Under the pieces are notes generated by a model that was given only the letters and a program-made list of their open reading frames with translations, made no database searches and had not been told where the DNA came from. The position numbers and the translations under genes are program-made. A DNA stretch of 64,000 bases from the human T2T-CHM13v2.0 reference genome, Homo sapiens: the NCBI RefSeq assembly GCF_009914755.1, contig NC_060925.1. One strand, given 5' to 3'. This document shows positions 1 through 16,912 of this stretch, piece after piece; the stretch's first letter is position 1, and each line of letters begins with the position of its first letter.

Positions 1-965
1 CTGTTAGAGGTGCTGTGGGGAAAACAGACATATTTACATGTTGTTGGTGAAGACACAAACTGCTTTTGGAGGGTGGTTTATTTGGTACTATCCATTCATA
101 CCTTTGACCCAGCAATCCCACTTCTAGGTATTTACACTGAAAGTACACCTCCAATAATATGAAAATACATAGGCACAAATTAGTCACTCTCTACTGGCTG
201 TAATTTCAAAATAATGGAAACTGCGTACTTGTCATTATATAACAAAGTGATTAAGTAAATTACAGTACAACCACATGACAAGTTTCATGCAGCTGTAAAA
301 AAGAATGAGGAGGACTTCTATGAACTTCCATAGAGTTACCTTCCTCATAAATTGTTAAATAAAGTACAGAAAAAAAATTACTAGAAAGCTACCCTTTGTG
401 AAAGAGAGTAAAAATAAGAAAATGTGCATATGTATCTGTAAATCTGACTAATAAAATTGGTGACCTAAAGAAGGTAAGTAGAAATGGAGTAGAAAAGATG
501 GAGGTAGGGAAATTGGTAGAAAAGCTGAAAGGGTAGCCGTTATTGATTATAACTTTTTATACAGCTCTGATTTTTAGAATCAGGGTAATATTTTACATAT
601 TCAAAAAGGATATATATAATAAGGATGGAAAGTGGGGTGAAATACAAATAGAAGTAAATGAACCTAACTGTATTTCAAAGAAATATCACAACGAAAATTG
701 AAGAAAATTAAACAAATCCAAATAACCTTTGAATATACTATATTTTCAGTATATATTCTCAGGCTAAAGACAAACGGAATTTCAAAGAAATATCTCTAGT
801 TACATTGGTTTTCTCAGCAATTTTCATGCTAACTTTTGTATATATATTCTAAGACCATGCAAATAAGTAAGTGTATTTTGATCGTGACAGCTAGGTTTCC
901 ATCAGAAAAGGAAATTATAAATATAGAAAGGACAAATGCCAGAATGAACCCTAAACATGGTAGAA
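1..965 (+). mobile_element. Old L1 (L1MC-like) ORF2 end/3'UTR fragment
   Basis: cctttgacccagcaatcccacttctaggtattta and other L1M 3' motifs; highly decayed. Confidence 0.65.
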
Positions 966-1212
966 TAGCATGGATTGACCTCAGCTTGTATGGACTGACC
1001 ACTGACCCTTGCCTATGCTATAGAATATATTAACTAAAGATAAATAATTTTCTGTAATCATGAGTCAGGGAGTTGTTTTGGCGCAAAACACATCAGTTGG
1101 TCAGCATTGTTTAGTAATAATAATTGAATTCATGATTTTCATGATTTGCACCTGATTTCAGTAGTATCTATTAAAGCTGGTCACATAACCAAAATGTATG
1201 CATCTAAGTGAC

Positions 1213-2195
1213 TGAAACCACCTTTGCAAAATTATGACTAAGACAGTGAAAGAGATCTAACCTAACTGACTCCATCTTACTTCTAACCTCCAAGCTGTCC
1301 TTGTTCATTACTGGGCACAGGCTTAACTAACTTTGGGAGGAACTTAGTTTACAGGTTTGTTTTGTTTTTTGTTTTGTTTTTTTTGAGACAGAGTCTCGCT
1401 CTGCTGCCCAGGCTGGACTGTGGTGGCGTGTGCTCAGCTCACTGCAGCTCCTTCCTCATGGGTTCAAGTGATTCTTCTGCCTCAGCATCCTGAGTAGCTG
1501 GGATTACAGGCATACATCACCACACCCTGCTAATTTTTGTATTTTTTGTAGAGACGAGGTTTCTCCATGTCGGCCAGGCTGGTCTTGAACTTCTGACCTC
1601 AGGTGGTCCATCCACCTTGACCTCCCAAAGTGCTGGGATTACAGGTGTGGGCCACTGTGCCCAGCCAATTTACAGGTTACAGCTTAAAACAAAGACCATA
1701 ACAGCCCTTTCCCCAAAACAAACCTCCTCCTTGCCTGGCAACTAGACAACTAACACTGGCCACAAGATCAGAAATTATAGTTTATAAGTTAGGCAGCTGG
1801 AGGCTACAAGATTCTGACCTTCCCTAAACTGCTCTTAAGATCAGTGCTTGAGATATTTTGCAGACCCTGCACTTGACAGATCAGCTGGCAACACCCAGAT
1901 TGATTAACTGGCCCATCTGATATTATGCCCCCACCCAGGAATTGACCCAGTGCAAGAGGACAGCTTCAATTCCCTATTATTTCATCTCCTACCTAACCAA
2001 TCAGGCACTCCTGGCTCATTGGCTTCCCCCAACCCACCAAGTTGTCCTTAAAAATTCTTATCCCCAAATGCTCGGGGAGACTGATTTGAGTAACAGCACA
2101 GCGGCTCTGCATGAATTACTTTATCGCAATTCCTCTGTCTTGATAAATTGACTCTGTCTAGGCAGCAGGCAAGGTGAATCCATTGAGTGGTTACA
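1213..2195 (+). mobile_element. LTR8-like ERV1 solo LTR, interrupted by an Alu
   Basis: Starts TGAAACCACCTTTGCAAAATTATG, ends GGTTACA; 4-bp TSD TGAC at 1209-1212 and 2196-2199. Confidence 0.85.
1358..1666 (-). mobile_element. AluS inside LTR8
   Basis: Full Alu reverse complement; TSD a(g/a)tttacaggtt at 1346-1357 and 1667-1678. Confidence 0.95.
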
Positions 2196-2559
2196 TGACT
2201 AGCTCACAATTAGAGACTCCAACCAAAAGCTGACTTTGGATCTCCTGGCATTCAGGTGCTTCAAACCCAAGCCAGTAGTGATTCTAAATCTGGTGACAAA
2301 GCAATTCCGGTGCAACCTAGCAGTGAAAGGACAAAGAATATTGTGACTGAATTCTCTGGATCCCTTTCAATAAATACACTACTGCTGCTGGGCTGTTCTG
2401 TATATCCATTGCCTGTAATCACACTGTTCCAGAAATATAAATGGTTTGATTCCTGGGAGTCCTTCAGTAATCAAACACAGTGATTAATATGTAATTAATG
2501 CATATATATTATGGATATAAATATATAACAATGTATATTAATACATATGAATACATATA

Positions 2560-3500
2560 TTTCCTAGCTCTGTCCACTGAGAAAGCTTGCAAGCAATGAT
2601 ACTCCAAGAACAATGAGCATACTTAAGATTTTTGGTTTTAAAATATATTTCTCCACTAAAAGAAAAGAGGTTTCTTGGATACAAGACTATTCCAGGACTG
2701 GAGCAAGGTCAGTACGGAATGAAGCTGGAACATTATTGTCTAAGAAAGTACTTATAAAGAATGATAGAAATATGTCAAAAGGATACAGAAGTCAGTATGA
2801 AGGAGCTCCAACTAGCCAAATACAAGATGATTTGAGTTTCAAAATTAGTAACAGAATATATATATTAATGACCCAGGATTCCACAACAATATAAACATAC
2901 AAAGAGAAGGACTAACTAATAAATGTGGAAGATATAAAAACTCAGAAAATCATCATTTGGACAACTAACACATTAACAATTATTATTATAAGTAAGATAC
3001 AATGATAGATGCTCAAAGGGAAGAAACTTTACAGCAGTGAAATCTGGCAGCCACCATTTTAATCGAGTGATCAAAGTTAACATCACCAGCACTGAGACAA
3101 ATAGATACCATATGCCTCCAGATATGACAAACTAAGGAGGACAAAATAGGACTACTATAGTATTCCTGACGAAAATAGATAATCTGAATCTTAAGCATAA
3201 GGAAACACAAGACAAATTCAAACTGAGGGAAATCCTATAAATAACTTACACTCTTCAAGAATGTTGATGTCATAAACTGAAGAACTGTACCAATTTAGAG
3301 GAGATTAAAGAGACATGACAAATAAATGCAACAAGTCATTCAGAATTGGTCCTGGACCAGATTTTTTTTTTTTCTATAAAGGACATTAGTGAATACACTG
3401 CTGAAATTTAATTTGTAAAAAATTAAAAAGTAAAAATTTTAGGTTTTCTGAGATACATCAATTTTTTAATTTTGCTAATTGTACTATGGTTATATAAAAA
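2560..3500 (+). mobile_element. L1MC-like 3'UTR continuation
   Basis: ttcctagctctgtccactgag..., gtgatcaaagttaacatcaccag motifs typical of L1MC 3' ends. Confidence 0.6.
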
Positions 3501-4158
3501 TTCTAAAGCAAAATCAATAGGCAATTACAAAAGTTCAGAAATATAACTCTATAAAGTTCATACATTTCTGGCTTCACTTATATTGTTAGCATTTTTTTCA
3601 ATTCAACTACTAAATATTATTTTTAAGAGCAGTAAAGTAATCCATCCTATAGTTGTAGCACTATTTCTGTAACTATTCTATTATGGCTGGGCATGTTTAT
3701 TTTTCCAGAATTTTTGCACATATGATTAATACCAGTATACAATCTTTACATAGTACTTAGAATCATTCCTTGAAATAAATTTGTGTATAATTACCAAATC
3801 AAACTATTTTAGCATTGATCACATGTATATACTGCCAAATTATCTTCCTGGACGACTATCAACTCAACTACCACTCTCCCTTCCTCCACCTACCCTTCCC
3901 CAATATGCACATGGTTGAGCACATACACTCATTGCAAGTAATAGTAATTCCATTTTGGAACATCCCTTTGATTTTAGCCATAACTATCAGATGATTTCTT
4001 TGGTATCTAGTATTATTCTATATTTTGCTTTTATTTATTTGCAAAAATTGAGTATTATTTCATGTGAGCTGAATGTGTGAATTTTTGTCTTTTAAAAATA
4101 TTGATGTCCTGAACCATTTTCTTACTCTATTTGGAGCTTTCATTAAAAAGATAAAATT

Positions 4159-4461
<303 letters not shown>

Positions 4462-5559
4462 TTATCAAAATTTTTAATATTTTGAAGCAATTAAGCCATT
4501 TACTTGCCCTAATTATGACGCCTTTCTCAATTTGGGTTTAAATTTTGTTTGTGGTGCTTTCTTATATGTAGGGTAGACTTCTTTCTTCATTTCTATAGTT
4601 CTATTGCTGTTTAAATTATTGTTTAGCTGAACTGAACTCTTTCAGTAAGTGAAAACAAGCTAAATTTCCTTCAAATAGTTTCCCATTTGTCCCAACACCA
4701 TGCATTTAATCTCTCCTTTCACCACTGATCTACATGACCACCTTTATCACAGACTATTAATTACTTTTTGGTAGATTTTAAATTTTTATTCTGCTTCTTT
4801 TGTTACAGCAGTCTTAGAGTACATTTTAATAGTTGATGAGGTAAATTCATCATTAACTTCTGAATAATTCATTGTACTAATGAACTTTACAATGTTAATT
4901 GGCCACATTCTACACACCCTTAAAAAAAACTACTGGGATTTCTTTTAAATTGGAATCTAATTAAATTAGTAATTATGGTTACTGGTCTATCCCAATTGTC
5001 CTAAAATTAATCTGAACTATTTTAATATTTTACATTCTTCTTTAAAATTACATGTCATTAAGAATGTGATTTTTATTAGTATGCATCAACACTGTCTTAG
5101 TTATTTTAATGTACTCAGTATCATGATAATAGCTAATTTCAATTTATGTTGTATATGGGCTTTTTTTTGGTCTTTCTATATTTACCATCTAGTGATAATG
5201 TAGCCTCTTGGATAAATAATAAGTTCATTTATTTTCATTCTTATCTAAAAATGAAAGCATTCAAGACTATGAATGTTTAGTACAATTCTGACCACATTCC
5301 AGAAATTTTTGATAAATAATGTTTCCACTAGCGGTATTTTTTGAGTGCACTGATTTTTTAACACACAGGTACTCAGAGGAGTCTTCATTTACTCTTTTCT
5401 AGACTGCCTGTCTGTCTTTATCTGTTTATTTGGGGCTCTAATTCACACAATGCAGACGATACTATTTATCTTGTCTTAGATTCAACCAATTTTTCGAAAT
5501 TCTCCAAGGATTACAATAAATAACATATATCCTTTGATGCAAAGTATATAGGGAGACAA

Positions 5560-6190
5560 GTACCTATTAAGCCATGCTTAACTCATTTCACTCAAAAAAT
5601 CTAAACTCCTTCTAACAGCCTAAGAAAGCCATACATGAAATGTAGCCTCTGTTAAGTTCTTTTACCTCATCTTCTATTTTTATCTCCCTTGTTCACTTGT
5701 CTCCAGCTACACTGGACTTCTGAACTATGTAAGGCATTCTCCACCTCAGGGATTATTTACTTCTTGTTCTCTGCCTAGGAAGTTTTCCCAGGGACATTCG
5801 TAGACATATCTCTGCTTCCTCATATCCTGGTCATTCAAAAGTCATCTATACTTTTGCTATAAATATCTTACCAACTAGATTGGAAACTTCATTATAGCAA
5901 GGATTACTATCTGTTTTGCTTTTGTCCAGTGAGGTGTCCTCAGAGCCTAGTAAATATGAGGTATGTTTAAAACAAAAAACAAAAAAACAAAACAACAAAA
6001 AAAGATGACAACAACCACAAAACCCCAAAAACCTGCTGGTTGAATAAATGAGTATTTAAAAGCAAAGACTCTGAAGCCATAATGTCTGGGTTAAAATCTC
6101 AGCTCCCTCCTCTTACTAGCTATATTATCTGAGTCAACCTCCATAACTTCTCTGTGTATCAGTTTCCTTCTCAATAAAAAATAGTAATAG
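5560..6190 (+). mobile_element. L2 3' fragment followed by MIR
   Basis: L2-like end tgaataaatga; MIR core tctctgtgtatcagtttccttc. Confidence 0.55.
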
Positions 6191-6198
6191 AATTTATC

Positions 6199-6513
<315 letters not shown>

Positions 6514-6607
6514 TCACAGAGTAGCTCTGAAAGTTAGTTAATAAATATGAATAGTTCAAACACTGTCTATGAAAAGTAACTGCAAAATAAATGCTACCTA
6601 ATTATTT

Positions 6608-6919
<312 letters not shown>

Positions 6920-7631
6920 CCTAAGTATTTAATTTCTAACAGATTTTGCTTTACATAAATTCCAATCCTTAATGATACTAAGTTTTACTACTTTTGGAAA
7001 GTATACATTTTATTTATACGAAAAAAACTGTCTATTTTGTTCATACTTTTGGGTTTTTTTCAGTTTTACAGTATTCTTTAGTTTGCATTTGCCAGGCTTA
7101 TACTCGACTATCCACTATTTCAATTGTTTTTGTCTCCATTTATGTTAGGTCTAGCTATTATCTGGAGCACAGCTAGAAATGAAGGGTAAGGCCTTCAGTG
7201 CAATGTATCATGTCAGCTCCATCTCAACACTAGTAGGGTTTCCTCCTCAACAACCAGCCAGTGCTCTAACAGATGCTAAGAATTCTCCTGGCAGACCTGT
7301 TATTTAATCCTTAAGCACACATGTACCATGCATACAGTGAATCAGAGATTAGTCAGCTCTTCTTCCATAAGTATTTTCTCTTTTAATCATCTATAAATTA
7401 TTCTAAGTTGTGGGTGTGAGGAGAGCAATATAGCAATAGGATTTCTTGTGGGAGGGGATGAGAAGATATTTACGTACTGTCTCAGTGCACTATCTCAAAC
7501 CAAAGTCTCCTTCACCACATAAAAGTAAGTGCTACTCTAAAATATTTCCAAAAAAAAAAAAAATTCTGATTGTTTTTCTTTTTCCTCCAGATTCAAGTTT
7601 TTTTTTTAAATCTTGATTCAAGGATCTACAT

Positions 7632-7740
7632 TTTTTTTAAATTTTATTATTATTATACTTTAAGTTTTAGGGTACATGTGCACAACGTGCAGGTTTGTTA
7701 CGTATATATACATGTGCCATGTTGGTGTGCTGCACCCATT
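7632..7740 (-). mobile_element. Short L1PA 3' end
   Basis: ttatactttaagttttagggtacatgtgcacaacgtgcagg, the primate L1 3' terminus. Confidence 0.9.
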
Positions 7741-7749
7741 CAATTTCTT

Positions 7750-8820
7750 TTTAGAAAAGTTGCTATATCATGGTTGTGCATATCTGTGGGGGGTACATGT
7801 AATATTTTGATAGACGTATACAATGTGTAATAATCAATTAGGGTAACTGGTATTTCTATCATGTCAAACATTTATCATTTGTGTTGGAAACACTGCAACT
7901 CTTCTCTTCTAGCTATTCTGAAATATACAATAAAGTAATAACTATAATTTCCCTACTGTATTATCAAATGCTACAACTCATTCACCTAATCTAACTGTAT
8001 TTTTGTACCCATTAAGCAAGTTCTCTCCATTCCCCCTCCTTGCCTTTCCCTTCTCTGCCTACTACCTCCATTCCACTCTCTGCCTCCATGAGATCCACTT
8101 TTTTTTGGCTCCCATTTAAGAATGACAATATGTGATGTTTGTTTGTCTTTCAGTTCCTGGCTCATTTCACCTAATATAATGACCTCCAGTTCCATCCATG
8201 TTGCTGCAAATGACAGGATTTCATTCTTTTTTACGGCTGAATAATATTCCAATGTGTATATACACCACATTTTCTTTATCCTTTCATCTGCTGATGGACA
8301 CTTAGGTTGATTCCAAATATTGGCTATTGTGAATAGTGCTGCAATTAACATGGGAGTGCAGGTATCTCTTCCTTTCTTTTGGATATATAGCCAGCAGTGG
8401 GGTTGTTGGAACATATGACAGTTCTATTTTTAGTTTTCTGAGGAACCTCCATACTCTTTTTCATAATGGCTGTACGACTTTACATTCTCATCAGTATAGG
8501 GGCATTCACTCTTTCTCCACGTCCTTTCTAACATTTGTTACTTCTATCTTCTTGATAATACCATTCTAACTATGGTGAGATGATATCTCATTGTGGTTTT
8601 GACTTCCACTTCCCTGATGGTTAGTGATAAGTATTTTTACATATACCTATTGACCACTTGTATATCTTCTTTTGAAAATGTCTATTTAGAGCTTTTGTCA
8701 ATTTTTAAATTGGATTATTATTTGTTGCAATCAAACTGTTTGAGTCCATTATATATTCTGGTTATTAATCCCTTGTCGGATAGATAATCTGCCAACATTT
8801 TCTCACATTCTGAAGGCTGT
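7750..8820 (-). mobile_element. L1MA-like 3' fragment
   Basis: ORF 7986..8414 resembles the L1 ORF2 C-terminus (WNQPKCPS...KKMWCIYTLEYY). Confidence 0.9.
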
Positions 8821-8929
8821 ATTCAGATTCAGTTTCTACTGGTTTCTAGCTCATAGGATTTGCTAGAAATTCCAAAGTAGTGTTAATATAAATGGTAACT
8901 GTGGAAACCTTTTCTTGTTCCCCTATATA

Positions 8930-9492
8930 AAGTTTGGTCAAAGTCCTCCAGCCAAAGACCAATTAAAAAAACACCTGTAGTTAAATAAATTTTATTTATT
9001 GCTAGCAGCAATAAATATGAATAAGTGAGAGATGGCTCAGTAAGACAGTGTTAGAAACAACTTAAAGGATTAAGGCACTTGTTAAATAATTTGTGGGAGA
9101 GTTCAAGAAAGTGGGGCTTCACTGTGGATTGGATACTGTCAAGTGGGAATGATTCTATAATTCAGTAACTTATGTAATGATAAATCTTATCTAGGAGCAC
9201 AGAAGACTACAGGGAGGCTAAAGTTTTAACCAGTAAAGAAGCAGCAACCATTCACATTGGTCAGGGTAGGGTTTTTTTTTTTTTTTTTATAGTTTGCACA
9301 GTGACCTTGTTTTTTAAACGTGGCTAGACAACTTTATGGAGTGATCTTGCTTTTTGTTTCGCTTCATCAGTCACAGGGAGTAGCCTTGTCTGATGTTGAT
9401 GTTCTGTGAAATTATATTCAGAAGGAGAACATAAATGGCTAGCTATAAATGCCAAGCCAGTTTCCAGATACAGGGACTGCTATTCTCTCTCA
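8930..9492 (-). mobile_element. Probable old ERV/ERVL solo LTR, family uncertain
   Basis: Minus strand begins TGAGAGAGAATAGCAGTCCCTG; LTR-like composition, by eye only. Confidence 0.4.
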
Positions 9493-9908
9493 AGTTCCTA
9501 CGGTATATTTCAATTTAAGGCTTTAAATTTTCTCCTAATGTATTCCATTATGTCTTACAAAAAGACTTGAATCTGGTATTTTCATGACCGTTCAGAAACA
9601 GATACAAACCAATCTACAAACTTACTACAAAAAAAGAATAGGCCAAATGCATGCATTGTACATGAATATAATACAGGATGATGTACAGAGTAGTCACATA
9701 AACTAATCATAAAAGTAACAAGGTAGTCATCCAAGTTTGGAGACAAGAAAAAGAAAAACAGAAGTGATATAATCCAAAAGGATTTATTGTTCACTTAGAT
9801 AAAAATAGGTGTACTATTTTTTCAAATAAAGTGAATATACAAATAAATGTTCATTAAAAACACCTCATTGTTTTTTGTTTTACTATAAAGGATATTAGGG
9901 TAATTCTT

Positions 9909-10129
9909 TTTTTTGCGGGGGGAGGGAGTGGGGGGGAAAGGGTCTCACTCTGTCACCCAGGCTGGAGTACACTGGCATGATCTCAGCTGACTATAACCAC
10001 GGCCTCCTGGGTTCAAGGTATCCTCCCACCTTAGCCTCCCAAGTAGCTGAAACCACAAGCACATGCCACCATACCCAACTAATTTTTTTGTTTTTTGTAG
10101 AGGCGGGGTCTCACCATGTTGCCCAGGCT
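9909..10129 (-). mobile_element. 5'-truncated AluJ-like element
   Basis: 17-bp TSD atattagggtaattctt at 9892-9908 and 10130-10146. Confidence 0.9.
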
Positions 10130-10397
10130 ATATTAGGGTAATTCTTAAAATCTGAAAATCTAGAATTTATAAATAATACTTTATCAATATTAACTGCTTG
10201 AATTTTAAAGTTATATTGTGATTACATAAGACAATATCCTTGTTCCTAATGAAATACATGCTGAAGTATTTAAGGGTAAAGAAACATATGTGGGTACCTT
10301 ACTCAAACAATCCAGAAAAGAAATTATACGCATATATAGGTAAAAGAAAGGCTGAATGAGAATGATAAAACAAATGTGATAAAATGTTAAGTGCTTA

Positions 10398-11150
<753 letters not shown>

Positions 11151-11423
11151 TCAGTATCTCCAAGCCAAAGATGAAGAGAGTAAAGGTTAAAATACTCATA
11201 CAACTAATTCAAAGAAGTCAAGCTGATTATCTATTTTACTCAAGACTGTGGTCTTTATTCCATGGAAAAGCTGTTAAGTTTCAACGTAATGAAGCGTAAT
11301 TCAATGACAGATTTATAATTTTCATTATCTCTAAGATAAACTATGTTCTGATTATTCATAATTTTTTTCCTAAAGTATTTCCTTCCTCTCAGGTTCTGAA
11401 ATTAACAGTAAGTTTTAAAAAAC

Positions 11424-11708
11424 TGCCAGGGATAGTGATTTTCACCTGTAATCCTACCACTGTGGGAGGGTGAGGCAGACAGATCGCTTGAGTCCAGGAG
11501 TTTGAGACCAGCCTGGACAACACGGTGAAATCCATCTAGATCTACAGTAAGTACAAAAATTAGCTGGGCATGGTGGTGCACTTCCATAGGGCCAGCTACT
11601 TGAGAGGCTGAGGTAGGAGAATTGCTTGAGCCTAGGAGGTCAAGGCTACAGCATTCCAGCCTGCGTGACAGAGTGTCTCAAAAAAACAAAAACAAAAACA
11701 AAGCAAAA
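11424..11708 (+). mobile_element. AluJ
   Basis: Diverged dimer with an internal deletion. Confidence 0.9.
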
Positions 11709-11951
11709 CACTTTAGATTTGTTCCATCACAACTTGGTGAAGAAAATAAATTTAAGTTCTTATCATTGAAAAAGCAAATATTAATATTTGATTCTACCAT
11801 TATGCATAAGAGCTATTCAAGTGCTAATCAACACCACTGCATTCAAAATGGTTGTCTTTGTGACAGGACATTTTAGTAAACTAATCTATGATTTTATAAC
11901 TCAGATAATTATACTCATGGTATCATTAAAGCAAACAAAGATATCGTTTAC

Positions 11952-12009
11952 CTGAGAACTGCCACTGAAACCTGGAGGTTGGCTGTATTCTGTGGAATCA
12001 ATAATACTA
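11952..12009 (-). CDS. COP1: COP1 coding exon (probably exon 9), 58 nt
   Basis: TTTTGCAG|T AGT ATT ATT GAT...TCT CAG|GTAAAC; (S)SIIDSTEYSQPPGFSGSSQ; phase matches the exon 8 end. Confidence 0.96.
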
Positions 12010-12940
12010 CTGCAAAATGAAGAGAAAAAAATGTGATTTCAGTATTTACATTATTTTAACAACAGAAAAAGTAAATCTAAAGTATATCATATATAAGCCC
12101 AGTATTTCTAATTTCTAAGCCAAGAAAATATTTATTGCCAATCATTAGACATCAAATAGACAACCCATAAAATATCAGCAAATATTTAAGCAATTTACCA
12201 CTTCAACCCACCACCTCAAACATATAAACCAAGAAATAATGTCAATAGGGGATAATCACAAGGCAGATGTCTATATAGATTTACTTGTTTATATTTCATT
12301 TTCAGACAGGTTAAGGTTTGGAGAACTTTAAGGAAAAGAAAATTTACACTATTGGGAAAAGAGCACAAGCATGCAATCAAAATCTATGGTTAACACACCC
12401 TGCTATGCCATTAAAAAGCTATGTGTTCTTGGACAATTAACTTATAATCAATTACTCAAGTTTCCTCATCTGTAAAAATGAGGTGATGTAGGCTAGCTAT
12501 TTATATATCATCTAGAGTCCCTCCCAGCTTCAAAATATTATAATCAAACCTCATGTGAAAAACTGAACTATCAAAAGAATAAAATAAATGGTAAAATAAC
12601 AATAATCTTGTCTTTGTAACCCAAAACCAATATACTAGTTTCCTCTGCTCTGGTCAAACATAATCTGCTTTCTCCATTGGTTCTTTTTATTTGGTTATAT
12701 CCTCTATTCATTCTATCTAACCCTAAAAAAACCTCCAGAAGTGTAGACTATCTTTTACTTCCTCTATCTTAGCATTTCTATCTTACCATTTCATCATTCC
12801 TATCTCCCTCTCATCTTTAAATAAGCCTTACATAAAAAACTATCAACAACTGAAAATCACATGACATACATACCAACCGTATAAACGATTATTTACTTTT
12901 TGTAAATTCTTCTTCTCTATTTCTACTATAAACATGCTTA

Positions 12941-13275
<335 letters not shown>

Positions 13276-13687
13276 CTACCCTATAAAATTTAAGCAATTG
13301 AGATTACTAATTAGAATGGTTCTATATGTAAACATACAAAATGATTAATTACTTAGTACTGAAAGAACCTCAAAGGTTAAAGCATGGGAGGTACTCTAAG
13401 TAGTACACAGTTTGAATTTTACCCATAGAAGTGAATAACCTGACTCTGGGCAAGTGATTAATCTTATTTGAGCTCTAGCTTCTCCATCTATTAAATGATG
13501 AAGACACATCAGAGAAGTATGAGATTTAAATAAGATAATGCATGTGAAGTTCACAGTATGATGCCAAAATATGGTAAACATTCAATAAACTTTAGTTTCT
13601 TTTATTAACAAAATTAGTTAACATAAAACTTCACATTTTCAAAAATAAATCATATGAATCTGTCTACACAGCAGTCTTTTTTTTTTA

Positions 13688-14272
<585 letters not shown>

Positions 14273-14969
14273 AAAGTTAGATGAGTGCCAAAAAATGCAG
14301 CACACAAAAAACAAAAACCTTGTTTCTTAACAATTCCTATAGCAAAACTCAATTATAAAAGAGCCTTTGAAGAACTTAACCATATAAAGAATTCAAATGT
14401 TCTTGTCATGAGTTTATTCTGATAAAATGTAACCATTACTTGCCTTTCCTATAGAGTTACACACTGGTATGACAAGATTGCATGCTATTTTCAGTTTACT
14501 CCATCCAGAGACTAAGAGGACTGAAAGTGAGGCAATGCAATGCATTAAAAATCTCTGTTCTTCCTACTAATGAAACTCAATCCCTTAGTGTTTGTATAAC
14601 ACTAATAAAATTGTGTAGTTGCATATTTAGAGGCCTATAGAACAGAACATTTCCAGCTATGCATTTTTATGGATTTATGATTCAGAATTCTGTGACTGTA
14701 AGCCTAAAAAATGAATGATATTGATATCTCAGTGTATACAGTGATATAATTCTACATTTCAAATATATGTTAAAAAATACTCATCAGTTTGTTGAAGATA
14801 AAACTAAGAATTAAAAATAGTATCTTATTAATGATTACACAATATGAAACTTATTTTCTACCAGGTCTTAATTTTATTCACTAAGAAAAAGGTATAATGC
14901 AGGCTACAATAGAAAAATTTGAATAATAAAACCCATTAATTCTGCTTAATATATACATTATACATTCAT

Positions 14970-14992
14970 ACACACACACACACACACACACA
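14970..14992 (+). repeat. (CA)n microsatellite
   Basis: Direct reading. Confidence 0.95.
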
Positions 14993-15099
14993 TATAGAAA
15001 AGAATATTAGAAAGCACTGACAGGGCTGGGTCCCTCTTGACTCTGGTGCTATACTACTACTTAACTCCTGACTCATCCACAGTCACTAGATGGCAGTAA

Positions 15100-15330
15100 C
15101 AATATCAATAGTACCATTTACTGACGGTTTACTATGCACTAACCTAAATAATTTAAACTTCACAGCTCTAATGTAGATAATACTATTATCATTCTCATTT
15201 CTCAAGTGAGAAAATTCAGGCACTGAGAGATTATATATGTGGCCCAAGATAACAACACTGGGAAATAGCAGAGTTATTATTCAAACCCAAGCAGTCAAGT
15301 CCCAGAGTCCACAAGAACGACCACGCTATA
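15100..15330 (-). mobile_element. MIR
   Basis: ctcatttctcaagtgagaaaattcaggcactgagag...ttcaaacccaagcagtc core. Confidence 0.65.
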
Positions 15331-15516
15331 TAAACTACCTAGGCACCTTATGTTCTCTAACTTAAGAACTGGAAAATCCTGGATTAGCCTCCACTTTGTA
15401 GACATATTTTAAAGAGAAAAATGAAAAACAGTAACCTATAAATATAAGACAGAATCATATATTTTTCAAATAAATGTCAATAAAATTATAAAAGTTATAC
15501 TAGCTTAAGAAATTGT

Positions 15517-15797
<281 letters not shown>

Positions 15798-16844
15798 TCA
15801 AGGGAAAAAAATTTCAGGGTAGTAACTAAAACTGATACAGGAGTAATACACTTTAATCAAAAGATAATGAAACAGTTCTTAATGTTCTTGCTGGTAACAG
15901 TGAGAAGCTTTGCTAAAAAAAGTAACAACAATGCAGCTGTTAATTTGAGGTATCAAAGAAATTCTGCTATGCAAGTAGATGTCCGTATAACTATTTTCAC
16001 CTAGATTATTTTCCTTCAAAAGCAAAGACGTATTTCCTAACTAGAAAGAAGATTATTAAGTCAATTTCACATATGAGGTATACCATAATGAAGAGGTAGC
16101 CAAGAGAAAACAATGGTTCACTCTTGGAAAGATAATAGGCATATTGATTTTAGACTAGCCTTTTATATTGAAAAAGAATGGTTTAAATTTAAATTATTAG
16201 TGGATACATTAGCTAATTAAATTATAAAGAGAAATTTTTAATCGATGAGCAAAAATAAAGCACACTGAGATCATTTTAGGCTAAACATAGACAATAAATA
16301 TGGAATTATGAATAAGAGAATCAAAGAGAGTCCAAAATGCCATGTACTCACATAAAATTAGACTATTATCATTGATTTTTTTTGCTATAAACGTAAAAGA
16401 GAGAAAAATAAACTTCTACATTTAATAAATAAACCAAGTGGGGCTACAAATAAAACTTTTTCCTTTCCAGTACTCTACATATAGTTACTGAACCAGTTTC
16501 TCCAAAAGAAAACACACTAAGCAAGAAGTAACCTGAAAATACTAAATTTTTAATAATTTAATATTTTTAATATTTAATTTTAAATTAATAGTAAATCCCA
16601 TTTATTGAGCAACCAAAATTGTTGTGGCCCCAATTTTGCAGAGACCTCCAGAGATATTAGAAATCATTCTTCATGTTTTTTCTTGTTTTATTCCACATAC
16701 CCTTTAACATTTGACACAAGTAGTCAAATATATCACCCAAAATCTATGCGACTAATCTGTCAACAACAATAACAGCAGCAGCTAACATTTATTGAGTTCT
16801 TACTAAGTACCAGACATTATTTTCATTTCTTTAAATGTCGTTTG

Positions 16845-16912
16845 TTTTTTATTTTTATGTTTTTAGAGGTACGATCTCACTCTGTCACCCAGGCTGGAGT
16901 GCAGTGACACAA
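16845..16912 (-). mobile_element. Alu 3' fragment
   Basis: tctcactctgtcacccaggctggagtgcagtg. Confidence 0.8.

Noticed and set aside
16538-16597. Near-pure AT stretch with imperfect inverted symmetry
   Set aside because: Ordinary low complexity in an AT-rich intron.
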